From positions 53,510 to 117,509 of the forward strand of contig JADFNB010000002.1 of NCBI GenBank assembly GCA_022563595.1: 64,000 bases of DNA, given 5' to 3'. Shown piece by piece: positions 10,973-19,076 of this stretch. The first letter of the stretch is position 1, and the number at the start of each line of letters is the position of its first letter. The position numbers and the translations under genes are program-made. Origin of the DNA: Gemmatimonadota bacterium (lineage in GTDB: Bacteria > Gemmatimonadota > Gemmatimonadetes > Gemmatimonadales > GWC2-71-9). The notes under the pieces are model-generated. The model saw nothing but the letters and a program-made list of their open reading frames with translations, was not told the DNA's origin and did no database searches.

Positions 10973-11209
10973 GAAAGCCTTTTCCCCTAGGCTGAGGTGT
11001 TGAACGGTATCGTGTATGAATTCAAGCGTGCGGCGTACGGGCCGCCCGACCTGCACGTGAGCGCGGGGTGACAAGGTAGGAGGGTCCGATACCCCGCGCA
11101 AGTGAGCGGGAACGGCCCGGTTTCCCGAGCCTCCCGACCTTCAACATCACATACCTGTATGAACGGAATTCGGGTGTCGCCGGATCTCGCCTGCCCGGTG
11201 GCGCAGCGC
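10973..11209 (-). promoter_or_regulatory. Structured 237-nt leader/promoter region of nrdJ
   Basis: Perfect 8-bp stem GCGCGGGG(11061-11068)/CCCCGCGC(11092-11099). Second hairpin CGGGAA(11107-11112)/TTCCCG(11122-11127). Near-palindrome CATACCTGTATG (11150-11161). Octamer TGTATGAA occurs twice (11013-11020 and 11156-11163). Confidence 0.35.
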
Positions 11210-13156
11210 TCAGCGCTGACGAGGAAAGAACTGGACCTGGAGCCAGGCGTCCACCGCCGTGTCGGCCTTTACGGCAGGCTGGTAGCTCTGGCTCATGGCG
11301 TAACGGAGCGCGAGGATGGTGAATCTGGGGTCGCTCGACCCCCGTGCCACGGTGCGTGACTTCGCCCGCCCGTCGGTACCCACCTGAACCAAGACGATCA
11401 CCGGGGTCGGGTTCGGCCCGACCTGTGCGCCGTCCGGTATCGGCACGGACGGATCGGTCAGGAGCCGCGGACGCCGGTCGAAGCAGGCGCTGTCCAGGTT
11501 GTAGTTCTCCTGGGTCGGGCGGTCGCACTGCGCCCGGGCCGGCGGGGTCCTCGGTGGGGCGGGGTCGCCGATCGTCGTTTCGACGGTCTGTGTTGGACGA
11601 GTCCGCACCATCCGCTCGAGGTCGACGGTGACAATCTGGGAATCGCCGCGCGCTATGTAGATCGCTCCCTCGTAGGCGTGGTAATTGGCGGCCGTCACCA
11701 AGAGCTGGTATGTCCCCGTCTGTAACCTGATCTGGTTTGAGGATCTGGGCGTATCGTCGATGATGTACCGCGCGCCGCGCGGGGCGCCGTTGACGACCAG
11801 CCATCCGCTGTCCGGCAGCGCCGCGGTCAGCGAAGCGGCTGTGTCGGCCGACGCCGAATCCGCGAGCCGCGCCGAATCCGCCAGCGCGAGGGCAGCCGAA
11901 TCGACCGACGTGGGCCCGGACTGCAACGGTCCTGCGGGCGCGGGCTCCTCCACCTGGACGTAGTTGGTGTAGTAGTAGTAGCCGCCGCCACCGCCAAGCC
12001 CAAGCATCACGAGGAAACTGGCCGCTATCAGGCCGCCGCGCCGTTTCTTCGGCTTGGCCGGCGGTGGCGGCGGCTCCGCCCGAGGCATCGGCGTTGTGGG
12101 CGTGCTGGGACGGGCAAGCGCTGCCGTGGCCTGCTGGGTCGGGGTGGTCTCGACCGCGCTGAGCGCGACCGTCGGGGCACTCGCCATATCTTCCGCGGGC
12201 GGCAAGACCTGGGACACACGGCCCTTCAGCTCCTCGATGAGTTCTTCGGCACTCTGGAACCGTTCCTCCGCCGTCTTCGCCATCATCCGGCGGATCGACT
12301 GGAACAGCTCGCGTTGCTCACTGGACTGGAGAGGCGGCTCCTCGAGTTCCTCCATGATGTGCTTATAGCCGATCGAGAAGGCGTCTTCCCCGTCGAACGG
12401 CACGCGTCCCGTCAGGCACTGATACGCAAGCACGCCGAGCGAATAGATATCGCTTCTGCCGTCGAGCTTCTGTGCGCGCGCCTGCTCGGGGCTCATATAG
12501 TGCGGTGTCCCGATCGACATGCCGGTACCGGTGAGCCGCGTGCCCGACGCGGCCTTGGCAATGCCGAAGTCCGTCAGGACCGCGTGCCCGATCTCATCGA
12601 ACATGATGTTGTCGGGCTTGATGTCGCGGTGCACGATCCCCCGTTTGTGCGCGTACCCGAGCGCGGCCGCGGTCTGGATCAACAGCTCGCGGATCTCCTG
12701 CGGCGGAAGCACACCCCGCTTCTCCAGCATCTCCGACAGAGAGCTGCCACGCAGGAACTTCATCACGAAGTAGATCACGCGGCCCGAGCGGCCGACGCGA
12801 TAGATGGGGATGATGGAGGGGTGCTCGAGTTTTGCGGCCGTGCGCGCTTCACGCTGGAACCGTTCGACGAACTCGGCGTCGAACGCGAGGGAGAACGGGA
12901 GGACTTTGACCGCGACTTCGCGGTCGAGTTGCTTGTCCAAGGCCTTGTACACGACGGCCATCCCGCCGCGTCCAAGTTCCTCGAGGATCTCGTACTCGTC
13001 CTTCAGGGCGGCCCGAACGGCCTCGACTTCGGTCTTATCGGCAGGCGCCTCGGTACTCACCCGGCCCAACGGCGTCTGGGCGGCGAGGTCCAGGCCACAG
13101 GACGGGCAGAACTTGCTGCTCTGTTGTACCTCCGTACCGCAACGCGAGCAAAACAC
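11210..13156 (-). CDS. Ser/Thr protein kinase: N-terminal zinc ribbon, TM segment, PEGA-like and TonB-C-like C-terminal domains
   Basis: GTG start. Begins FCSRCGTEVQQSSKFCPSCG. Kinase motifs HRDIKPDNIMF, DFGIAKA and GTPHYMSPEQ. TM segment LIAASFLVMLGLGGGG. PEGA-like GWLVVNGAPRGARYIIDD. Confidence 0.9.
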   Translation of the reverse strand: MFCSRCGTEVQQSSKFCPSCGLDLAAQTPLGRVSTEAPADKTEVEAVRAALKDEYEILEELGRGGMAVVYKALDKQLDREVAVKVLPFSLAFDAEFVERFQREARTAAKLEHPSIIPIYRVGRSGRVIYFVMKFLRGSSLSEMLEKRGVLPPQEIRELLIQTAAALGYAHKRGIVHRDIKPDNIMFDEIGHAVLTDFGIAKAASGTRLTGTGMSIGTPHYMSPEQARAQKLDGRSDIYSLGVLAYQCLTGRVPFDGEDAFSIGYKHIMEELEEPPLQSSEQRELFQSIRRMMAKTAEERFQSAEELIEELKGRVSQVLPPAEDMASAPTVALSAVETTPTQQATAALARPSTPTTPMPRAEPPPPPAKPKKRRGGLIAASFLVMLGLGGGGGYYYYTNYVQVEEPAPAGPLQSGPTSVDSAALALADSARLADSASADTAASLTAALPDSGWLVVNGAPRGARYIIDDTPRSSNQIRLQTGTYQLLVTAANYHAYEGAIYIARGDSQIVTVDLERMVRTRPTQTVETTIGDPAPPRTPPARAQCDRPTQENYNLDSACFDRRPRLLTDPSVPIPDGAQVGPNPTPVIVLVQVGTDGRAKSRTVARGSSDPRFTILALRYAMSQSYQPAVKADTAVDAWLQVQFFPRQR

Positions 13157-13337
13157 GCGTCTTCTCCCTCAGTAACCGGCTACCTGTCCGTGCGCCAGGA
13201 CAGTGTCAAGCGCTCACTTGAATGTTACACGAACGGGGCTCCACGCGTGTGACCGATGTCACTCATGCGGCCAGATGAACGTGAGAGCGGTCCCTACCTC
13301 GGGGGTGGGTCATCCCCGCCGTTAGCCTGGCGTTCGG

Positions 13338-16169
13338 TCAGAAGGAGGAGCCGATCGCCAGGTATTCCCGCGCGTCCCCCTTGCTCACACCCAGCCCGTC
13401 GGCCAGGGCAACCGCGGCGCCAATGCGGATGCGCAGGCGGAAGTCGAAGCCGGCGAAGAGATCAAACACCCCCTCCGCCCCCACGTCGCGGTACGGCGTG
13501 AGGCGGGCCGGGCCGCCGGCCACCCACCCACCGCCCGTTTCCACGAAGGCCGTGAGCGATACGCGGTCCACGCCGAGCGGCAGCTTCCAGATCGACCGAC
13601 CGACGAGCCACAAAGGGATCCGCAGCTCCAGCGCCCCGGTCACCACCCGCGTGAAGCGCTCACGGTTGGCCGGGTACCCCCGTAGGGGAAAGGTGCGTCG
13701 CGACCCGCCGAGTTCCAGGCCGGGCACCAGCTCCAGCCGCCCGCTGGATTCTCCACCGACCGCGAAGAGGCTGGGCGTAGGACCGCCGCTCACCGCGCCT
13801 TTGACCCGGGCGGCGAGGACCCAACGCGCGAACCCGGGCAGCGGCAGCGCAAGGTAGCCGATCAGTGTACCGCGCCATTCATCGGACCAGCCCGAACCGC
13901 CAAGCTCCCAGCGGCGGCGATACAACACGCCTGCCGAGAGGCCGTCTTCAGCCGATATACTGAGGGCTGCGCGCCGGGCATACCGGCCGCTGACGGAGAT
14001 CACCCCGCCGGCGAAATCACGGGAGGCGAACCCCAGTCCCGGAGGTACCGATCCGTCGTTGAACAACGCATCCTGCTCGATCTCGGCACCCGCTCGGACC
14101 GCTACCGACGTCCGCCACCGACGCCAGCGCCACGTCAGTCCCAGCCGCCCGAACCGTTCACGCAGCGCTAGCGGGACCGTGTCGCCCGCCGTGGTAAGTC
14201 CCCGCCCGCCGAACTCCCAGGTCTGATCCGCCCCGGCGTCCACGCCGAGCGCCCGCCACCAGCTGAGCCGCACGGATGCGGCCGCCTCCCACCGGCTGGT
14301 GCTCGGCGAGTAGGCCACGAAGGCGCTGTAACCGAACCGCCCAATCAGATCGCGCGCGCTCGTCGCCGCGCCGAAGAACCGGCCGGCGGTTCCCTCTCTG
14401 TGGCCCAGCGGTGTCCAGTAGCGCGGCACCAGGGTCGGCCACGGGTTGTACGAGCCATGAGAGACGGTGACCGGCGCGGCGGGTTCCACGACGGGTGAAC
14501 GGTCTTGCACCGTCTGGACCGGCACGGCCATGATCACGGGCTCATCGAGCGCCACAATGGCGTGCCCGTCGAAGAGCATCGTGCTGTAAACCAGCGTGCC
14601 GTCGGGAGCGAGACCGGCGTCACGGGCGCCGGCAGGTTCATCCGTGAGACGCACGACCTCCCGCGCCCCGAGGCGGTAGCCGAAGATCTGGGGCAGTCCG
14701 TAGCGCTCCGACGTGAACAGCAACATCGCGCCGTCCGGCGACCATGTCGGATCGCCGTCCAGCGCGGCGTCGTCGGTCACCATGATCAGGCGCTCCGGGG
14801 CTCTGGCGGGATAGATGACGATGTCCCAGCGCCCATGCAGGTGGCGCGCGGCGGCCACCAGCCGACCGTCGGGTGAGCGCGCCACACGCCCCCAATCGGC
14901 CGCGGGCGGCGCCGGCAACGGCTCCGGCCGCTGGGAGGTCGGCCCGTAGCCGACCAGTGTGCGCGTTCCCGGCCCGGATGCGACCACACCGACCGTTCCC
15001 TGATCCCACCCGAACGGGGCACGGAGACGGGCGCCTCGCGTGCGGCGTTCCCAGCTCCCGCCCGGAATCCAGCGATAGAGGTCGCCATACACCTCGACCG
15101 GCGACGTCAAGTCCAGCTGGGTCAGGTATACGGTGTCGCCGACCCACACGAGATCGACCTGCCCATTGACGGAATGTCGCGCGCCGATCCGGCCAGTCGT
15201 GCGGTCGACCACCACCACGCGCGACGGGTTCCGCCCGTCGATGTGCACGTACGCCAACCGACTGCCGTCGGACGAGAGCCGGGGATGCGGCACCACGCGC
15301 AGACCGCGCACCAGCACCCGACCGCGCGGGCCGGCCCGTTCGGGGGTCCAGCGGTCCCGCAGCGCCGCCCACGCTTCATCGACCCCATCGGCACCGGCGC
15401 TCCTGAGCGGGCCGGAGATCGCGATGGGCCACAGCTGGCGTGAGGTGCGCTCGACGAATCGCGGGATGACGGAATCGCCATGCCGTTCGGCGGCCCCTTG
15501 AAAGAACCGGGATCCCCACGCGTAGGGCCGGAACCCGGCGGGCCAGACCGACGTGCCGAACGTCGCATCGTTGGGAGCCGGCCACTGCCCGGCCCCCGCC
15601 ATGCTCGTCAGGAGCTGACCGTGAAACCCGCCACGGATGCGACCCGCGGTGGTGAACCTCGACTCGTAATAGGTGGCAAGCCCCTCCGCGACCCACGACG
15701 GCTGATAGGCGTTCGGGAAGAACGCGGGGTTCCGCCCCAGCACCCAGCGTGGCACACGCCAAACCCCGTCCCCGCGATCGAGATGGAAGACGTGGACCAG
15801 CTCGTGCGTGGTTACCAGCCGCAGCCAGTCGTCGTATACGTCGAGGGAGATGGTTCCCGCGGGCGCGGGAAGGTAGAGCGTGATCCGGTTGGTCGGAAAG
15901 AAGGTCGCGATGCCGTTGGAGAAGTCCACGTTGTCGAGCAGCGCGATGTCGATGCGTCCGCGCGGCGGGCGGAGTTCGCTGGCCAACAGTTCCCACGCGC
16001 GCTCCGCCTCCCGCACGAGCCGCTCCGCCCAGGGAGCCAGCTCACGGCGTGCATGAATGCGGAAGTGCTCGCTGGTCCACGTCTCCCAGGGCCCGCTCGG
16101 ATCGACCTGGGCACCGAGTGGCAGGGCGGCCGCGACGAGCAGCCCGGCAGCCGCGACGAGCCTGCTCAC
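13338..16169 (-). CDS. Secreted tripartite protein: HExxH zincin-like domain, PD40/TolB-like beta-propeller repeats, C-terminal OMP beta-barrel
   Basis: ORF trimmed to the GTG at 16169 (GTGA overlap with the amidase stop). Signal-like VSRLVAAAGLLVAAALPLGAQ. Contains HELVHVFH...WVAEGLATYYE and repeats SPDGRLVAA, SPDGAMLLFTSER and APDGTLVYS. The tail has alternating beta-strand character and ends in IGSSF. Confidence 0.7.
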   Translation of the reverse strand: MSRLVAAAGLLVAAALPLGAQVDPSGPWETWTSEHFRIHARRELAPWAERLVREAERAWELLASELRPPRGRIDIALLDNVDFSNGIATFFPTNRITLYLPAPAGTISLDVYDDWLRLVTTHELVHVFHLDRGDGVWRVPRWVLGRNPAFFPNAYQPSWVAEGLATYYESRFTTAGRIRGGFHGQLLTSMAGAGQWPAPNDATFGTSVWPAGFRPYAWGSRFFQGAAERHGDSVIPRFVERTSRQLWPIAISGPLRSAGADGVDEAWAALRDRWTPERAGPRGRVLVRGLRVVPHPRLSSDGSRLAYVHIDGRNPSRVVVVDRTTGRIGARHSVNGQVDLVWVGDTVYLTQLDLTSPVEVYGDLYRWIPGGSWERRTRGARLRAPFGWDQGTVGVVASGPGTRTLVGYGPTSQRPEPLPAPPAADWGRVARSPDGRLVAAARHLHGRWDIVIYPARAPERLIMVTDDAALDGDPTWSPDGAMLLFTSERYGLPQIFGYRLGAREVVRLTDEPAGARDAGLAPDGTLVYSTMLFDGHAIVALDEPVIMAVPVQTVQDRSPVVEPAAPVTVSHGSYNPWPTLVPRYWTPLGHREGTAGRFFGAATSARDLIGRFGYSAFVAYSPSTSRWEAAASVRLSWWRALGVDAGADQTWEFGGRGLTTAGDTVPLALRERFGRLGLTWRWRRWRTSVAVRAGAEIEQDALFNDGSVPPGLGFASRDFAGGVISVSGRYARRAALSISAEDGLSAGVLYRRRWELGGSGWSDEWRGTLIGYLALPLPGFARWVLAARVKGAVSGGPTPSLFAVGGESSGRLELVPGLELGGSRRTFPLRGYPANRERFTRVVTGALELRIPLWLVGRSIWKLPLGVDRVSLTAFVETGGGWVAGGPARLTPYRDVGAEGVFDLFAGFDFRLRIRIGAAVALADGLGVSKGDAREYLAIGSSF

Positions 16170-18115
16170 CGCCGGCGCCGTGCGCGCCCCGCCAAAAACG
16201 CCTCGATCCCCCGCACGATCCCCCGGGCGTAGCGCCACTGCCCCGCATCACTCCCCAACACGGCCTCCTGCTCCGGGACCATCATGAACAGCCCTTCGGT
16301 AAGGATCGCCGGCATCCATGTCGCACGTACCAGGGCCAGATCGCCACGGCCCATCCCGAGATCCCGAGCCCCGAGCTGCCGGACGAGCGCCCGGTTCACC
16401 TCGCGTGCCAGGGGAGCGCTGCGGGGGTGGAAATAGTACACGCTGGTGCCGTTGTTCACGAACGGGTTCACCCCATCCGGCAGCGCGTTGGCATGGATCG
16501 AGACCAGTACCTCGGCGCCGGCCTGCTCGGCACGCTGCACGCGCGCCACCAACCCGAGGGGCCGGTCGTCCGATCGGACCATCACTACGCGCGCGCCCTC
16601 GTCCTGGAGCAGCCTTCGCGCCTTCCGCGCCACCGCGAGCACGACGTCCGCCTCGTATGTCCCGGTCGGACCTGTAGCGCCCAGCGGCGGATGACCGGCA
16701 TCCAGCGCGATCACGCGGCCGCGCAGCGGGCGGCGGAGCTCGATAACTGGGGGCCGGCGGATCTCCACCAGGAGATCGTCACCACTCCACCGGGTGCGGT
16801 AGCCCCAGACCGGCTCGGCCAGGTGCACCTCCACCACCGTCTCGTCCTCGGCCGGCGCGTGAAACTCGATCAGCCGAACCAGCGGATCGGTACCGCCGTA
16901 CTGGATCCAGTCCGCGTCGGCACCCACGTTGTACAGTGTGACGGCGAGTCGCTCCTCGTCTTCGTCTACGCGGAACGGCACGCGCCCCGGCAGCGGGATG
17001 CGCAGCGTCACCGATCCCTCTCCCGGATAGAGACGCAGCGGTTGCATCCGGCCCCCGGGAGCAGGCGTGCCGGGTCGCAACGGCTGGATGTCCGTGACAT
17101 CGACCCATGCCACCGCGTTGCGCGACAGCTGCAGGCGCACCTGATCGTTCCACCGGCCGCTCACCGCTGCCGTCGTTCCGTTGGGAAAAAACCAATGATA
17201 GGTACCGCGCGGCGTGGGGCGTCCCGCCAGCATCCCGTCCGTGACACCCGTCCCCGCCGTATCGTCGTTCACGACCGCCACGGGCGGATGGCGGGTATCC
17301 ACCACGCCTAGCCGAAGCGGCCAACGCGCCCGGGCCGTGTCGTCCGCCTCGATCACCTCGAGCCAGATCCACCGCGAGTCGGCGGGCTCGCTGGGAAACG
17401 CCGGTGACAGGACGTGCCCGGGATCGGGACCCAGCGGACCGACCCACCGCGCGACGTAGCGATCGGCTGACCCGGCGGAGGCCGGCGGCGGGACGGTCCC
17501 GAAGGCCCGTTCGCCCCACGGGACCTGCTCGCTGGCAAGCTCACGAACGAACACGATCACACTCGAATCGGGGAGCCGCGCTTGCACTGCGGCACCGGGC
17601 GAGGCCCGCGCCACCAGCACCACGCCCTCGCCGGGGCGCACCCAGCGGTCACCGACAGGGGAGAGTGCAGTCGTGTCAATCCACGGACCGGTGCGTGGCG
17701 CGCGAAACCGCGGCACGAGCGGTGCATGAAAAACGAGGCGGTCGTTCTCCCGGCCCGCTCGTGCGACCAGCTCGAAGCCGGCGATCGTGTCGTCGGGCAG
17801 CGGCACCCATGCCAGCCACGCCCCATTGGGGTAGACCGGCACCTCGGTTCCGTTGACCGCGAGCATGGCCCCACCGCGCCCGACCGAACCGAACAGGAAG
17901 GTCGAGTCGCGGCTCGCGATCGGGGACACGGCACGCAATCCCGTGCCGGTATCGGCAAGTCGGGGGTAAACGACGGTGATCCGCAGTTGACCGCTCGTGT
18001 CGACCGGAGGCGGCGGAAGTGGCGGCAATGCGCGTGGCGGCCCCGACCGCCAGAAGCATCCCGCCAGCACAATGGCGGACACCACGGGCACGCTGAATCC
18101 GGGCGACCGCGTCAT
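16166..18115 (-). CDS. Lipoprotein N-acetylmuramoyl-L-alanine amidase (Amidase_3 C-terminal domain)
   Basis: 649 aa with lipobox VLAGC at the N-terminus. The C-terminal domain contains VIALDAGHPP, LVSIHANALPDG and AILTEGLFMM. Confidence 0.85.
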   Translation of the reverse strand: MTRSPGFSVPVVSAIVLAGCFWRSGPPRALPPLPPPPVDTSGQLRITVVYPRLADTGTGLRAVSPIASRDSTFLFGSVGRGGAMLAVNGTEVPVYPNGAWLAWVPLPDDTIAGFELVARAGRENDRLVFHAPLVPRFRAPRTGPWIDTTALSPVGDRWVRPGEGVVLVARASPGAAVQARLPDSSVIVFVRELASEQVPWGERAFGTVPPPASAGSADRYVARWVGPLGPDPGHVLSPAFPSEPADSRWIWLEVIEADDTARARWPLRLGVVDTRHPPVAVVNDDTAGTGVTDGMLAGRPTPRGTYHWFFPNGTTAAVSGRWNDQVRLQLSRNAVAWVDVTDIQPLRPGTPAPGGRMQPLRLYPGEGSVTLRIPLPGRVPFRVDEDEERLAVTLYNVGADADWIQYGGTDPLVRLIEFHAPAEDETVVEVHLAEPVWGYRTRWSGDDLLVEIRRPPVIELRRPLRGRVIALDAGHPPLGATGPTGTYEADVVLAVARKARRLLQDEGARVVMVRSDDRPLGLVARVQRAEQAGAEVLVSIHANALPDGVNPFVNNGTSVYYFHPRSAPLAREVNRALVRQLGARDLGMGRGDLALVRATWMPAILTEGLFMMVPEQEAVLGSDAGQWRYARGIVRGIEAFLAGRARRRR

Positions 18116-18123
18116 AGGCGCGG

Positions 18124-18153
18124 AACCTACACAGAATCAAGAACCTACGTCAA
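18124..18153 (-). promoter_or_regulatory. Candidate sigma70-like promoter of the amidase operon (possibly leaderless)
   Basis: Minus strand reads TTGACG-N18-TAGGTT. The -10 element ends 8 nt before the ATG at 18115, and there is no SD in between. Confidence 0.3.
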
Positions 18154-18164
18154 TTTCTCACTGG

Positions 18165-18193
18165 TTGACCGGTTATTTTTCGGGGTGTACATT
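18165..18193 (+). promoter_or_regulatory. Candidate sigma70-like promoter of the FHA/kinase operon
   Basis: TTGACC (18165-18170), 17-nt spacer, TACATT (18188-18193). An AAGGAG SD lies at 18213-18218 before the GTG at 18231. Confidence 0.4.
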
Positions 18194-18230
18194 GGCCTCG
18201 CCTCATCATTACAAGGAGCCGTAGCACGGC

Positions 18231-19076
18231 GTGACTCGCTGCGATCATTGCGGTACAGAGAACGATGATACGTCGACATACTGTGCAGACTGTGGGAAAA
18301 CCCTGGAAACCAGGAGTTCCGGCTTGACGGGACCTTCGCGTCCGGCGGCGGCGCCCGATGATCGTGCGTCCGGTGCCATCTGTCAGCAGTGCGGACAGCC
18401 GCTCGTGCGGCGGCGCTCCCGGCCGCTCACCAGTCCGGTTTACCTGCTTCAGCTCGATGAGTCCGGGACCGAGATCGACCGCCACAAGCTCGAGCGGGAA
18501 GAGACCTCGATCGGGCGCGTGGACGCCGACATCAAGTTCCCCGACGACCCGTTCATATCGCCAGTCCATGCGCAGCTCAGCGTGCGTGGCAGCGAGCTGT
18601 ACCTCCGCGACCTCGGGAGCCGCAACGGGACCTGGTACTTCATCGAGGAACCATACCGGCTGCAAGACGGCGACCTCATCCTCTTGGGATCGCAGGTCAT
18701 CCGATTCCGGCGGCTGGGATATCCCGGTCCCCAGCCTCCCGAACATGACGCGACCCGCCGGCTCGGTAGCCTGGTCCCCGGCGCGGACATCGCGAGCCTG
18801 ACTCAGCTCCGCAGCGACTCGAGTGCACGGGACGTGCTGCACCTGTCGCCGGGACGCAGCGTCGTCATCGGTCGCGAGGAGGGCGACTGGATCTTCCCGT
18901 ACGACCCGTCTTTGAGCGGTCGGCACGCGGAAATCCGCTCAGAGGACGCCGATTTCATCGCCATCGACCTGGAGAGCCGCAACGGTGTGGCGATAGGCGT
19001 GCGGGGTGAGGTTCGCGTGCAGCCCGGGACGCGGCTGCTCATCGGTGACAAGCTTCTCAGGGTGGAGCTGGCGTGA
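18231..19076 (+). CDS. Zinc-ribbon protein with two FHA domains
   Basis: Begins TRCDHCGTENDDTSTYCADCG. FHA 1 is TSIGRVDADIKFPDDPFISPVHAQL...GSRNGTW. FHA 2 is VVIGREEGDWIFPYDPSLSGRHAEI...ESRNGV. Confidence 0.85.
   Translation: MTRCDHCGTENDDTSTYCADCGKTLETRSSGLTGPSRPAAAPDDRASGAICQQCGQPLVRRRSRPLTSPVYLLQLDESGTEIDRHKLEREETSIGRVDADIKFPDDPFISPVHAQLSVRGSELYLRDLGSRNGTWYFIEEPYRLQDGDLILLGSQVIRFRRLGYPGPQPPEHDATRRLGSLVPGADIASLTQLRSDSSARDVLHLSPGRSVVIGREEGDWIFPYDPSLSGRHAEIRSEDADFIAIDLESRNGVAIGVRGEVRVQPGTRLLIGDKLLRVELA

Noticed and set aside
10973-11209. Cobalamin riboswitch or NrdR boxes upstream of nrdJ
   Set aside because: GGGAAACCGGG is present, but there is no B12 box (AGCC.GGA.ACCTGCC-like) or GCCACTG element. 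The palindromes do not match the 16-bp NrdR consensus and do not occur as a closely spaced tandem pair.
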